Source: an uncultured Reyranella sp.
Lineage (GTDB): Bacteria; Pseudomonadota; Alphaproteobacteria; Reyranellales; Reyranellaceae
Reading direction: 5' to 3'
DNA length: 64,000 bases
Assembly: GCA_937915145.1 (NCBI GenBank)
Contig: CALDNT010000059.1
Location: forward strand, 3,474-67,473
A program made the translations under genes and the position numbers. Positions 9,846 to 19,655 of this stretch are shown in pieces. A model generated the notes under the pieces. It was not told where the DNA came from, made no database searches, and was given only the letters and a program-made list of their open reading frames with translations. Within the stretch, counting starts at the first letter, position 1. The number at the start of each line of letters is the position of its first letter.

Positions 9846-10495
9846 TCAACGCTTCAGCGCGCAGGTCATGCCGTCACCCACCGTGAACAGGGCAAGATCC
9901 ACGCGTTCGTCGGATTTAAGCTTGGCATTCAGCACCCGAATTGCCTTGGTGTCCCTGTCGTCGATCGCGAGATTCGCCACCGACCCACCCCATAGCACGT
10001 TGTCGATCAGGACCAGCCCGCCCGGTCGCACGAGCTTCAGGCAGCGCTCGTAGTAGGCGTCATAGTCGTCCTTGTTGGCGTCTATGAAGGCGAGGTCGAG
10101 TTGCCCGGCAAGGCCTTCCAGTCGAGCGTGCCCAGCGCCGGTCCGATGGTGAGTTCGATGCGGCTGTCGACGCCGGCCTCTTTCCAGGCGCGCCGGGCGG
10201 TTCTCGTCCATTCCTCGCTCACGTCGCAACACCAGAGCTTGCCGTCGGCCGGCAGCGCCTCGGCGATACAGAGTGAGGAGTAACCGGTAAAGGTGCCGAC
10301 CTCGACGGCACGCCGGGCACCAATGGCGCGGGCGAGCAGGACGATTTGCTGGCCCTGGTGGGCGGCGATCTGCATGCCGCCTGCCGACAGCTTGGCCGTC
10401 TCCTCGCGTAACCGGCGTTTGACGGCGCTGTCACGCAGCCAGTTGTCGTCGACATAGTCGGCCAATGCGCAGTCGATTTTTGCCCACGCCTTCAT
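9846..10495 (-). pseudogene. class I SAM-dependent O-methyltransferase (caffeoyl-CoA OMT-like), disrupted by a 1-nt frameshift
   Basis: The N-terminal part (10495..~10125: ...VEVGTFTGYSSLCIAEALP...RIELTIGPALGTLD) and the C-terminal part (~10120..9846: LEGLAGQLDLAFIDANKDDYDAYYE...LIDNVLWGG) are consecutive OMT_3 segments in different frames. The switch lies near 10112-10126. Confidence 0.7.
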
Positions 10496-10570
10496 GGTCT
10501 CTCCTGTTGGCTCGGTAGCGTCGTCTCGCTAGGGTCGCGCCCATCGAAAGACGGGGTTTGGGGAACGTGA

Positions 10571-12238
10571 ATGTCAGATATTGAGATCGCCCGGCGCGCA
10601 ATCAAGAAGCCGATGACCGATGTTGCCGCGCGGCTGGGCATACCGGGCGATGCGCTGGAGCCCTATGGCCGGGATAAGGCGAAGCTCGATGCCGCGTTCG
10701 TCAACTCCCTGGAGGGCCGCAAGCCGGGCAGGCTCATCCTGGTGACGGCGATCAGCCCGACCAAGGCTGGCGAGGGCAAGACCACAACGACGATCGGCCT
10801 GGGCGATGCTCTCAACCGCCTTGGCAAGAAGACGGCGATCGCGCTCCGCGAGCCCAGTCTCGGACCGTGCTTTGGCCAGAAGGGCGGCGCCACCGGTGGC
10901 GGCCAGGCGCAGATCGTGCCGATGGCCGACATCAACCTGCATTTCACCGGCGACTTCCACGCCATCACCACGGCCCACAATCTGCTGGCCGCAATGCTCG
11001 ACAACCACATCTACTGGGGCAATGCGCTGGGCATCGATGCCCGGCGCGTGTTCTGGCCGCGTGTACTCGACATGAACGACCGGGCGCTGCGCGACCTGGT
11101 GACCAACCTTGGTGGCGTGGCCAACGGCTTTCCCCGCCAGACGCGCTTCGACATCACCACGGCATCGGAAGTGATGGCGATCCTCTGCTTGGCGCGTGAC
11201 CTTGCGGACCTCGAGGATCGGCTGGCGCGGATCGTCGTGGCCGAAACCCGCGACGGCAAGCCGGTGACGGCAGGCGATCTCAAGGCGGCGCCGGCCATGG
11301 CCGCGGTGCTGAAGGATGCGGCCAAGCCCAACCTGGTGCAGACGCTCGAGAACAATCCGGTGCTGATTCACGGCGGGCCGTTCGCCAACATCGCGCACGG
11401 CTGCAACTCGGTGATCGCCACGCGGGCGGCGCTGGCGCTGGCCGACTATGTCGTGACCGAAGCCGGCTTCGGCGCCGACCTCGGAGCCGAGAAGTTCCTC
11501 GATATCAAGTGCCGTCAGGCAGGATTGACGCCCGGCCTGGCCGTGGTCGTGGCCACGGTACGGGCGCTCAAGCTGCATGGTGGCGCCGACGAGAAGGCGC
11601 TCGGCAAGGAGGATCTCGGCGCGGTCGAACGCGGCCTGCCCAATCTGCTGCGGCATGTCGAGAACCTCGCGAAGTTCGGGCTGCCGGTTCTGGTTGCCAT
11701 CAATCGTTTCGTGAGCGACACGCCGGCCGAACTGCAGCTGGTCGAGGAAAAGTGCGCCGCCGCTGGCGCCAAGGCATATCTTTGCGAGCATTGGGCGAAG
11801 GGCGGAGCGGGGGCGGAAGCCCTGGCCCGGGCCGCGGTCGAGACGCTCGACGAGGGCAAGGCGGCCTTCAGGACTCTCTACCCCGACGGTCTGCCGCTCG
11901 CGCAGAAGATCGAGACCGTGGCGAAGGAAATCTACCGCGCGTCAGGAGTTGCCTTTGCGGGCACGGCGCAGCGCCGGCTTAAAGCGCTCGAGGCGGCGGG
12001 CTACGGCAAGCTGCCGGTCTGCATCGCCAAGACCCAGTACAGTTTCGCCGCCGATCCCGAGCTGCGCGGTGCGCCGACCGGGCATACCCTGCCGGTCCGA
12101 GAAGTCCGGCTATCGGCCGGCGCCGGCTTCGTGGTCGCCATGGCCGGTGACATCATGAGTATGCCTGGTCTGCCCCGAGTTCCCGCAGCCGAGAGCATCC
12201 GCCTGACCGCCGAGGGCGAAGTCGACGGGATATTCTAG
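10571..12238 (+). CDS. fhs: formate--tetrahydrofolate ligase
   Basis: Full-length match to FTHFS features ([35 protein letters not shown]). Confidence 0.95.
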   Translation: MSDIEIARRAIKKPMTDVAARLGIPGDALEPYGRDKAKLDAAFVNSLEGRKPGRLILVTAISPTKAGEGKTTTTIGLGDALNRLGKKTAIALREPSLGPCFGQKGGATGGGQAQIVPMADINLHFTGDFHAITTAHNLLAAMLDNHIYWGNALGIDARRVFWPRVLDMNDRALRDLVTNLGGVANGFPRQTRFDITTASEVMAILCLARDLADLEDRLARIVVAETRDGKPVTAGDLKAAPAMAAVLKDAAKPNLVQTLENNPVLIHGGPFANIAHGCNSVIATRAALALADYVVTEAGFGADLGAEKFLDIKCRQAGLTPGLAVVVATVRALKLHGGADEKALGKEDLGAVERGLPNLLRHVENLAKFGLPVLVAINRFVSDTPAELQLVEEKCAAAGAKAYLCEHWAKGGAGAEALARAAVETLDEGKAAFRTLYPDGLPLAQKIETVAKEIYRASGVAFAGTAQRRLKALEAAGYGKLPVCIAKTQYSFAADPELRGAPTGHTLPVREVRLSAGAGFVVAMAGDIMSMPGLPRVPAAESIRLTAEGEVDGIF

Positions 12239-12642
12239 TTCGGACGGAAGGCGTATTTCTTCAGATCGTCGAGTCGCACGACGCGCAGCGTCGCGGCATG
12301 CGTGGCCTCAAGAACGACCCGGGGCGCTGCGTCGCCGTCGAGCGCTTCCTGCCAACGTGCCGCGCACAGGCACCAGCGGTCGCCGGGCACGAGGCCTGGA
12401 AAGCCATATTGAGGCATGGGCGTGCTGAGATCGTTGCCGCGGGCCTTGGAGAAGGCCAGAAACGCCGCCGTCGTCACGACGCAGACCGTGTGCAGGCCGA
12501 TATCCTCGGGGCCGGTATTGCAGCAGCCATCGCGATAGAAGCCGGTTACTGGCTCGACCGAGCAGGGTTGCAGGGCGCCGCCCAGGACATTGACCGACGG
12601 CGCGCGGCCGGGACGGCCTTCCTCGGGCGTTTGATCGAACAT
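12235..12642 (-). CDS. DUF2237 family protein
   Basis: [35 protein letters not shown]...[11 protein letters not shown] pattern. Overlaps the fhs stop by 4 nt (convergent). Confidence 0.75.
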   Translation of the reverse strand: MFDQTPEEGRPGRAPSVNVLGGALQPCSVEPVTGFYRDGCCNTGPEDIGLHTVCVVTTAAFLAFSKARGNDLSTPMPQYGFPGLVPGDRWCLCAARWQEALDGDAAPRVVLEATHAATLRVVRLDDLKKYAFRPN

Positions 12643-12722
12643 GACGCACTATAGCACCCGGAATTTGCGCTTTCGAGGTGCCCCTGCCACTGCTAGAAGT
12701 GCCGGCCTGCAAAGCCATGCGG

Positions 12723-12799
12723 CGGGGCGTAGCGCAGTCTGGTAGCGCGTCTGCCTTGGGCGCAGAAGGTCGTCGGTTCGAATCCGGCCGCCCCGACCA
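12723..12799 (+). tRNA. tRNA-Pro (anticodon UGG)
   Basis: CGGGGCGUAGCGCAGUCUGGUAGCGCGUCUGCCUUGGGCGCAGAAGGUCGUCGGUUCGAAUCCGGCCGCCCCGACCA folds into a cloverleaf. Anticodon loop is CUUGGGC; CCA is encoded. Confidence 0.9.
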
Positions 12800-12828
12800 C
12801 GCCCCCGTCAGTTGGAGTATCGGAGTTC

Positions 12829-13131
12829 ATGAAGGTTCGTATCTTCAAGCCGGCCAAGACCGCCATGCAGGCCGGCATGCGCAACACCCACGAATGGGTG
12901 CTCGAGCCCGAGCCGTCGCCCAAGCAGGTCGATCCGCTGATGGGCTGGACCAGTTCGCGTGACACCATGGAACAGGTGAAGTTGCGCTTCGCCAGCCTCG
13001 ACGAAGCCAAGGCCCACGCCGAGAAGAATGGCTGGCAATACACGGTCGAGCAGCCGCATACGCGCGTGGTGAGACCCAAGGCCTATGCCGACAATTTCGC
13101 CTATACCCGCGTCGGCCGCTGGACGCACTGA
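12829..13131 (+). CDS. ETC complex I subunit conserved-region protein (NDUFS4-like)
   Basis: MKVRIFKPAKTAMQAG...EWVLE...DPLMGWTSS.D...F.S.EEA..YAEKNGW.Y is the typical alphaproteobacterial NDUFS4 homologue. Confidence 0.8.
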   Translation: MKVRIFKPAKTAMQAGMRNTHEWVLEPEPSPKQVDPLMGWTSSRDTMEQVKLRFASLDEAKAHAEKNGWQYTVEQPHTRVVRPKAYADNFAYTRVGRWTH

Positions 13132-13168
13132 CGGCACGCCATTGCGGCGTATGCTATCCTAGGCATTC

Positions 13169-13244
13169 GGGCCCGTAGCTCAGTGGATAGAGCACCTGCC
13201 TTCTAAGCTGGTGGTCGCTGGTTCGAATCCAGCCGGGCTCGCCA
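13169..13244 (+). tRNA. tRNA-Arg (anticodon UCU)
   Basis: GGGCCCGUAGCUCAGUGGAUAGAGCACCUGCCUUCUAAGCUGGUGGUCGCUGGUUCGAAUCCAGCCGGGCUCGCCA. The cloverleaf folds with a U29-U41 mismatch in the anticodon stem and a G2-U71 wobble. Confidence 0.85.
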
Positions 13245-13404
13245 CTAATTCTTCCTTGCCGATGCGCCGCATTCGCCACGGCGGTTCACGCAACCGTGGA
13301 CTGACGTGATGAAGCGGGCCGGCCATCGCCTCGTACACTCAGGCGTGGCCCGGGGTGCTCGCCCCCGAAATTCGGGCTGCCTCGCCAGGAAACGGGAGGG
13401 TCCC

Positions 13405-13857
13405 ATGAAGCGCCTGCTGGCTTTCGCTCTGTCATTGTTGCTGTTGATCGCCGGCCCCGTGGCAGCGGCTGACGGTCTCGTCGCGTTGAAGAGCCCTCAT
13501 TCCGCCAAGGAAACCATGGATCGCTTCGAGGCAGTGTCCAAGGAGCGAGGGCTGGTGATTTTCGCCCGCATCGATCACGCTGCAGGCGCTGCCAAGATCG
13601 GCAAGACCTTGCTCCCGGCCGAGGTCCTGATCTTCGGCAATCCGCAAGGCGGCACGCCCTTCATGGAATGCGCCCAGTCGGTTGGCATCGACTTGCCGCT
13701 GAAGGCGCTCGTCTGGAAGGATGCTCGGGACCAGGTCTGGCTTGGCTACAACGACCCGGCCTTCATCGCGCAGCGCCATGGCGTCGCTCAGTGTCCGGCG
13801 GTGACGGGATTGAGCAAGGCGCTGGCCGGGCTGGCGCAGGCGGCCGTCGCCCCCTGA
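13405..13857 (+). CDS. DUF302 domain-containing protein (secreted)
   Basis: Signal peptide MKRLLAFALSLLLLIAGPVAAA followed by the DUF302 core (FARIDHAAGA...VLIFGNPQGGTPFM...IDLPLKALVW). Confidence 0.75.
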   Translation: MKRLLAFALSLLLLIAGPVAAADGLVALKSPHSAKETMDRFEAVSKERGLVIFARIDHAAGAAKIGKTLLPAEVLIFGNPQGGTPFMECAQSVGIDLPLKALVWKDARDQVWLGYNDPAFIAQRHGVAQCPAVTGLSKALAGLAQAAVAP

Positions 13858-13872
13858 CGGTCGGCAGTTTGG

Positions 13873-14499
13873 TTAGCTCCGCGCGCCGCCGAAGCTGACG
13901 GTCGCTACGCCGGCGCTGACCAGAAGGCCGCCGCCCACCTTATTGACGACACCGATCGCCCGCGGGCTTGCCGCGAGGCGCCGTGCCTTGGTGGCCACCA
14001 GGGCGTAGCCGAAGGCGTTGGCGAAGGCGAGCATCAGGAAGGTCGTCTCGAACACCAGCATCTGGGGCAGGAAGGCCGCGGCCGGGTCGAGGAAAACGGG
14101 CAGGAACGCCACGAAAAAGGTGAGGCTCTTGGGGTTGAGGGCAGTCACCAGCCAGGCGTGACCGAGCATCCGGCCAGCCGACACCGCATCGGCTCGGGGC
14201 GCTGCATCCAGCGTACCGCCGGCCCGCCAGAGCTTTATGCCGAGATAGACCAGGTAGGCGGCGCCCACCCACTTCAGTACGGTGAACAGCGTGGCAGAGG
14301 CGGCAAGCAGGGCGCCCAGTCCCAGCATGGAAAGTGTCATGGCGGTGAAGTCGCCGAGGGCAACGCCCACGGCCATGGGGAGCGCGGTCCGCCAGCCCTG
14401 GCCCAAGGCATAGGACACGACAAGCAGCACGGTCGGCCCTGGAATGAGGAGCAGGATTGTCGATGCCGCCGCGAAGGCCGCCCAGGCTTCAAACGCCAT
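13873..14499 (-). CDS. LysE/RhtB-family amino-acid exporter
   Basis: Roughly 208-aa six-TM-type protein with N-terminus ...ILLLIPGPTVLLVVSYAL (the PGP motif of the LysE family). Start at ATG 14499..14497. Confidence 0.8.
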   Translation of the reverse strand: MAFEAWAAFAAASTILLLIPGPTVLLVVSYALGQGWRTALPMAVGVALGDFTAMTLSMLGLGALLAASATLFTVLKWVGAAYLVYLGIKLWRAGGTLDAAPRADAVSAGRMLGHAWLVTALNPKSLTFFVAFLPVFLDPAAAFLPQMLVFETTFLMLAFANAFGYALVATKARRLAASPRAIGVVNKVGGGLLVSAGVATVSFGGARS

Positions 14500-14584
14500 T
14501 TTCTGCTCTCTTTCCCTGCTATGGACCAAAGTCAGCCACAGCAGCGGTGTGGTGTCAGCCGGATTTTCGCCTCTTTCCAGCGTA

Positions 14585-14606
14585 AAGATTAGAATAGTAG
14601 AATCTT
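14585..14606. promoter_or_regulatory. candidate TetR operator (AT-rich palindrome)
   Basis: AAGATT-N10-AATCTT is a perfect 6-bp inverted repeat in an unusually AT-rich patch, 13 nt upstream of the TetR start, in the divergent LysE/TetR intergenic region. Confidence 0.3.
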
Positions 14607-14618
14607 GCTGGAGGCAAA

Positions 14619-15233
14619 ATGTCCCGCCAAAAGAGCCAGCCCTATCATCATGGCCAACTTCGGGAGGCGCTGGCGACGTCGGGCCGGACGCTTCTCGAGG
14701 AGAAGGGCATCCGCGGCTTCACCTTGCGCGAATGTGCCCGGCGGGCAGGCGTTTCCCATGCCGCGCCGGCCTATCATTTCGCTTCGATCGACGATCTGCT
14801 GGCCGAGTTGGCAACCCGTGGTTTCGACGAGTTGGCGGCTGCCATGACAGCTGAGGCCGCGCGGGCCGACGGCAGCGCCACCGGACAGCTGGTTGCCCAG
14901 GGGATTGGCTATATGGCTTTCGCCGCCGGCAATCCGGCGCTGTTCCAGCTCATGTTCAGTCGTGAGGCCAATCGGCTGGAAGCCGGACCTCTTGCTGCCG
15001 CGTCGGAGGCGGTTCGGGCGCTTCATGGCGCTGCTGTCGAAGCCGCCATTCCGCACGCGTCAGGCGAGATCAAGCAGCGCATGACCGACTTCGCCGGAGC
15101 CTCGATGCACGGTTTTATCGCTCTGGTGCTGGAGGGCGAAATCGGCGGCAAGGACTCGTCGCGGGCGCTTAAAGCCCGTGGTCTCGCGCTCCTTTCGGCG
15201 ATGGCCGAAACCGTCGTACGGGTCGGCGCCTAA
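14619..15233 (+). CDS. TetR/AcrR-family transcriptional regulator
   Basis: N-terminal HTH GFTLRECARRAGVSHAAPAYHF. Confidence 0.85.
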   Translation: MSRQKSQPYHHGQLREALATSGRTLLEEKGIRGFTLRECARRAGVSHAAPAYHFASIDDLLAELATRGFDELAAAMTAEAARADGSATGQLVAQGIGYMAFAAGNPALFQLMFSREANRLEAGPLAAASEAVRALHGAAVEAAIPHASGEIKQRMTDFAGASMHGFIALVLEGEIGGKDSSRALKARGLALLSAMAETVVRVGA

Positions 15234-15796
15234 AGCGCGATCCGGAACAGCAGGGCCTCGGCCCCGCCCTGGCCCGCCGCCTTGGTAAAGCGGCGGACAA
15301 GGGTGCCGCCGTTTGCAGTGATGACCTTCTGCGAGGGAAAATTGTCGTGATCGGTCGTCAGGTCGATGTATTCGAGGCCGAGCTTGCGTGCCTCCGGCAG
15401 CATCAATGCCACGGCGCGCGTGGCATAACCCCGGCGGCGCTTCCATGGCACGACGCCGTAGCCGAGATGGCCAAGGCTATAGGGCGGAAGCTCCGACGTG
15501 CCAGGCTGCCAGCGGAAATTCACCGAACCGCAGAACCCGCCGTCCCACATCCAGCGGCGGTAGCCGGGCAGGCGCTCAACCGTGCTGCCATCCGGCAGCG
15601 GGATGGGCGGGCCCTTGGCCTCTGGGTCGTCGAGCGAGGCCACGAAAGCGGCCGGATCGGCTACGATCTTCTCCAGTTCCTCGCGGGCGGAGGCTTCGCG
15701 GCGGAGATTGTCCGACCAGAATCCGTTTCGCAGCGAATCGGCATAGGCGTCGAGTTGGGCCAGCGAGGGGACGAGCAGTTCCATCGTGTTTCCCAT
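15230..15796 (-). CDS. GNAT-family N-acetyltransferase
   Basis: GYGVVPWKRRRGYATRAVALMLPEARKLGL matches the acetyl-CoA binding motif A. Start chosen downstream of the MCO stop; ATG 15784 is also possible. Confidence 0.7.
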   Translation of the reverse strand: MGNTMELLVPSLAQLDAYADSLRNGFWSDNLRREASAREELEKIVADPAAFVASLDDPEAKGPPIPLPDGSTVERLPGYRRWMWDGGFCGSVNFRWQPGTSELPPYSLGHLGYGVVPWKRRRGYATRAVALMLPEARKLGLEYIDLTTDHDNFPSQKVITANGGTLVRRFTKAAGQGGAEALLFRIAL

Positions 15797-15800
15797 GGTG

Positions 15801-17198
15801 TCAGGCGAAGCCTTCATAAACGACCGTCGTGAACATGCCGGCCGCCATGTGATAGAGGTTGTGGCAGTGATAGGCCCACAGGCCGGGATTGTCGGCGTCG
15901 AAGACGACTTTCACGGTGGTCCCCGGCATCACCACCACGACATCGCGCACTGCCCCGGAAAATTTCTGTCCGTCGATTTCGGTCACCTGGAAGGAGTGGC
16001 CGTGAAGATGCATGGGATGGTCCATCATCGTGCGGTTGCGCATCACCAGTTCGACCCGTTCGCCGCGGACGACCCTTACCGGCAGTCCGCCCATGCCGTT
16101 GACCGGCATCTGCCAGACGTAGCCCTCCATGGTGCCGATGAGATCGATCGGGATCGAACGATCGACCGGCCGGACGGCAAGCGGCTGGCTGGCACGTAGC
16201 GATTTCTCCATTTCCAGGCCGACGATGGGGCCGGCCGCATCGGCGTTGTCGGAAATCCTCGCGACCGAAGCCCGCGGCGGTCGGAGCACCACGCCGGTCC
16301 GCAGCGTGCGGCCTTCGCCGAGCGCCAGCACGGCTGCGGAATGGCCGTCGGCGGGCATGCGCATGATGATGTCGGCACGTTGGGCGGTACCGAGCGGGAA
16401 ACGGCTCGCCTTCAGCGGCACGACCGGGTTGCCGTCGACAGTCACCAGCGCCCCTTCGATCGCGCCGAGGTCGATGGTGAAGTTGCTCGACGCCGATCCG
16501 TTGATGATCCGCAGGCGTACCTCGGCGCCGCGCTCGACGTCGATGACCTGCGGATCGGCCAGCGTCCGGTCGTTGGCGAGATAGGCGTCGTACTGGATGT
16601 CGTTGAGGTCCGGCGCAGACATGTTCGTCTTCATGTTCATGCCGCCATCATCGGGCTTGGCCTTGCGCAGATCGTCGTACAGCTTCCGCGGGTTGGTCCA
16701 CGAGAAGTCTTCGAGCAGAACGACCACCTCCTGCAGACCGCTGCGGATTGCGCTGGTCTCGCGCACGATCAGCGGTGCCGCCAGGAGATTTTGTTCCTGC
16801 AGGCCAAAATGCGAGTGCATCCAACGCGTGCCCGCAGGCCTGGCCGGGAACTTGTAGTCGAGGCTCTGCGCCGGACCGATCGGCAGCTGGCTCACATAGG
16901 GCACGCCGTCCTGGCGCCAGGGTGGATTGAGGCCGTGCCAATGCACGCCCGATGATACCGCCAACGCATTGTCGAGGCGGACGTCGAACATGTCGCCCTC
17001 GTCGAGCGTGAGCCCGTAGGCTCCCGACGGCTGGACGACGCCATAGCGGGTCGCCAGTTTGCCACCGACCTCGATCTGCCGTGTCTGCAGGCGCAGGATC
17101 TTCTGCCGTCCGGCCGCCGGCTGAGCGTTCGGCGTGGCGGGGATCGTCAATGCGGCAGCTGTGGCCGCGAGCAGAACGGATCGGCGCGATGGTTGCAT
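15801..17198 (-). CDS. multicopper oxidase family protein (Tat-exported)
   Basis: Twin-arginine leader MQPSRRSVLLAATAAA. Copper-binding motifs HWHG, HSH, HPMHLHGH and HCHNLYHMAAGM. Confidence 0.9.
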   Translation of the reverse strand: MQPSRRSVLLAATAAALTIPATPNAQPAAGRQKILRLQTRQIEVGGKLATRYGVVQPSGAYGLTLDEGDMFDVRLDNALAVSSGVHWHGLNPPWRQDGVPYVSQLPIGPAQSLDYKFPARPAGTRWMHSHFGLQEQNLLAAPLIVRETSAIRSGLQEVVVLLEDFSWTNPRKLYDDLRKAKPDDGGMNMKTNMSAPDLNDIQYDAYLANDRTLADPQVIDVERGAEVRLRIINGSASSNFTIDLGAIEGALVTVDGNPVVPLKASRFPLGTAQRADIIMRMPADGHSAAVLALGEGRTLRTGVVLRPPRASVARISDNADAAGPIVGLEMEKSLRASQPLAVRPVDRSIPIDLIGTMEGYVWQMPVNGMGGLPVRVVRGERVELVMRNRTMMDHPMHLHGHSFQVTEIDGQKFSGAVRDVVVVMPGTTVKVVFDADNPGLWAYHCHNLYHMAAGMFTTVVYEGFA

Positions 17199-17394
17199 CA
17201 GACACTCCGCCTCCAGATGATCGGCATGCTAGGCCGTCGGAGAATCACCGGCAATCGCGCACGATGTTGCAATGCCGCGTTCGATTGACATCCGACTCCC
17301 CGCGAGGCCAGCTTGCGCTTCCGGTATGCGCTGTTCGGGAGTCGTTCGTGACGAAGCATCTGGCGGCGAAGACCGCAGCGGGACCAATGACGCC

Positions 17395-18012
17395 ATGAGT
17401 TCCAACCCTGTCCTCGTTCTCGACATTGACGGCGTCGTCTCGCTCGCCCAGCCGGGTTCGGCACGGCCGTGGTCTGCGACCTTGAAGGCCGACTGGGGCT
17501 TCGACCAAGAGGAAATCGCCCGCGACTTCTTCCGGCGTGAGTTCATGGAAGTACTGCGCGGGCGGCTCGATCTCTACGTCGCCTTGCAGGCGTACTTCCA
17601 GAGCAAAGGCCTGGCCGACCGGCTCGACGAGTTCGTCGCCTATTGGTTCGAGAAGGACTGTGTGATCGACCGCGGTGTGCTGGCCCAGGCCGACGCGTGG
17701 CGTACGCGCACTGGTGGCCGTTGCTTCGCGGCCACCAACCAGGAGCATCACCGCGTCACCTATCTGCGCGACCATGCCGGACTTGGGGCGCATTTCGACG
17801 AGATCGTCTATTCGGCGGCGCTGGGTGTCTGCAAGCCGGAACGGGTTTTCTACACCAGTGCCCAGGCGCGCATGGGCGTGACGGTGGCGCAATCGATCCT
17901 GTTCGTCGACGATCGCGCGGAAAACGTCGACGCCGCGCGCGCCGCCGGTTGGCGCGCGATGCTTTATCGTGGGCAGGAGAGCCTGGAGAAGGCACTGGCG
18001 GAGTGGGGGTGA
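17395..18012 (+). CDS. HAD-family hydrolase
   Basis: MSSNPVLVLDIDGVV (DxDG motif I) and late FVDDRAENVDAA motif. Start set at ATG 17395. Confidence 0.7.
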   Translation: MSSNPVLVLDIDGVVSLAQPGSARPWSATLKADWGFDQEEIARDFFRREFMEVLRGRLDLYVALQAYFQSKGLADRLDEFVAYWFEKDCVIDRGVLAQADAWRTRTGGRCFAATNQEHHRVTYLRDHAGLGAHFDEIVYSAALGVCKPERVFYTSAQARMGVTVAQSILFVDDRAENVDAARAAGWRAMLYRGQESLEKALAEWG

Positions 18013-18039
18013 AGGCGGGTTCCGTGCTAGACACTCGCC

Positions 18040-18369
18040 ATGCTGATGTTCGACATACCTTTCGGCACGACCGACTGGACCGACGTGGAGCGCACGGAAC
18101 ACCCCGGCGAGACCGGCAAGGCGTTCTGGCGCACCCGCACTTTCAACAACATCCGGGTGCGCATGGTTGAATATACGCCCGGCTATCTCGCCGACCATTG
18201 GTGCCAGAAAGGCCACGTGCTGCTGGTACTGGAAGGCGAGTTGCACACCGAACTGGCGGACGGCCGCACCGTCGTGCTGAAGCCCGGCCAGAGCTACCAG
18301 GTGGCCGACGGCGATCTGGCCCACCGTTCGCGCACCGCGGGCGGTGCCAAACTCTTCATAGTGGACTGA
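18040..18369 (+). CDS. DHCW-motif cupin fold protein
   Basis: ...YLADHWCQKGHVLLVLEGEL... on a small cupin scaffold. Confidence 0.7.
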   Translation: MLMFDIPFGTTDWTDVERTEHPGETGKAFWRTRTFNNIRVRMVEYTPGYLADHWCQKGHVLLVLEGELHTELADGRTVVLKPGQSYQVADGDLAHRSRTAGGAKLFIVD

Positions 18370-18370
18370 C

Positions 18371-19258
18371 ATGACGGACATGATCGGATTTATCGGCGTC
18401 GGCACGATGGGTGAGCCGATGTGTGCCAACCTGGCGCGCAAGAGCGGGATGACGGTGCTGGCAAGCGACCGCGACCGCGCACCGCTGGAGCGGCTTGCGG
18501 CCGCCGGCGTGAAGAGCGCCGCGCTCGACGAGATCGCGGCAGGCTGCCGGACGATCTTCCTCTCCCTGCCCGGCGGCAGGGAAGTGGAGCAGATCTGCCT
18601 GGGCGAGGGCGGGTTGCTGTCGAAGGTCAAGCCGGGCGCGACCGTGGTCGACCTCAGCACGGCGCCGGTGGCGCTCGCCCGCCGGCTGTTTGCCGCATTC
18701 GAGGGCCAAGCCGTGGCTTTCGCCGACGCGCCTGTCGCCCGCACGCGCCAGGCCGCGATCGACGGCACGTTGTCGATCATGGTCGGTGCCACGGCGGAGA
18801 CTTTTGCCCGTATCGCGCCGCTGCTGCGCCACATGGCGAGCGAGGTGACGCACTGCGGCGACGCCGGCGCGGGGCAGACGGTCAAGATCCTGAACAACAT
18901 GATCCTGTTCCAGACCGTGGTGGCGTTGGGCGAGGCGCTGTCGATCGCCCGTGCCCACGGCGTCGACGGCAAGGTGCTGTACGAGACCCTGACCAAAGGC
19001 TCGGCCGATTCCTTCGCGCTGCGCAATCACGGCATGAAGGCGATGCTGCCGGGCGTCTTTCCCGAACGCGCCTTCTCGACGGAATACGCGCTAAAAGATC
19101 TCGGCTACGCCATCGAGATGGCCGGGGAAAAAGGCGTGCCGGCGCTGGGTGCCGATGTCGCCCGCGAGTTGATGGAGCGGGCGGTCGAACTCGGCCACGG
19201 CAAGGAATACTGGCCGGTGCTGCTGCGCGCCATCGAGGATGCGACAGGCAATGGCTGA
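18371..19258 (+). CDS. NAD(P)-dependent oxidoreductase, 3-hydroxyisobutyrate dehydrogenase family
   Basis: IGFIGVGTMGEPM dinucleotide fold, ...DAPV.R......G.L.IMVGA, and GAGQTVKILNN. Confidence 0.85.
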   Translation: MTDMIGFIGVGTMGEPMCANLARKSGMTVLASDRDRAPLERLAAAGVKSAALDEIAAGCRTIFLSLPGGREVEQICLGEGGLLSKVKPGATVVDLSTAPVALARRLFAAFEGQAVAFADAPVARTRQAAIDGTLSIMVGATAETFARIAPLLRHMASEVTHCGDAGAGQTVKILNNMILFQTVVALGEALSIARAHGVDGKVLYETLTKGSADSFALRNHGMKAMLPGVFPERAFSTEYALKDLGYAIEMAGEKGVPALGADVARELMERAVELGHGKEYWPVLLRAIEDATGNG

Positions 19259-19263
19259 GCGCG

Positions 19264-19605
19264 TCAGAGGCTGCCAGACGCCCGCGGTGAGGTCCGTTGG
19301 TAACCCTTGTCGCGCATGCAGTCGGCCGTGAACCGCCCCTCGGCAAATTCCCGGTCGGCTTCCACGCTGCGGTTCCATCGGTCGCGGCTCGGCTGCCACG
19401 ATCCGGCCCAGAAGGGCGGACTGTTGAACGGAAAGTTGAGCTGCGACGCGTAGGCTCTGAGCGACTGCTGCTGTCCGGCATGACGGCATTGCAGGAGGTC
19501 GCTGTCGAGTGCTGCCCGCTCGACGTCCGGCTTTTGCCATTGCGCCGGCACGTTGCAGGCCGCGAGGAAAAGCATCGCCACAACGGGAAGGAATTTGTGC
19601 GCCAC
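19264..19605 (-). CDS. hypothetical lipoprotein
   Basis: Lipobox MLFLAAC near the N-terminus. No family recognised. Confidence 0.5.
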   Translation of the reverse strand: MAHKFLPVVAMLFLAACNVPAQWQKPDVERAALDSDLLQCRHAGQQQSLRAYASQLNFPFNSPPFWAGSWQPSRDRWNRSVEADREFAEGRFTADCMRDKGYQRTSPRASGSL

Positions 19606-19655
19606 GATGATATGGTCGCCGCGGCCGGTGGGATTGTGAAGAGGGAGAACTTGGT

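Noticed and set aside
10496-10570. Possible ZTP (pfl) riboswitch upstream of fhs, a gene class often under ZTP control.
   Set aside because: The spacer is only 75 nt. It lacks the conserved 3' CCGCCUGGGC pseudoknot element and the 5' GGGUCGUG...CUGGCG core. GGGTCGCG alone is insufficient.
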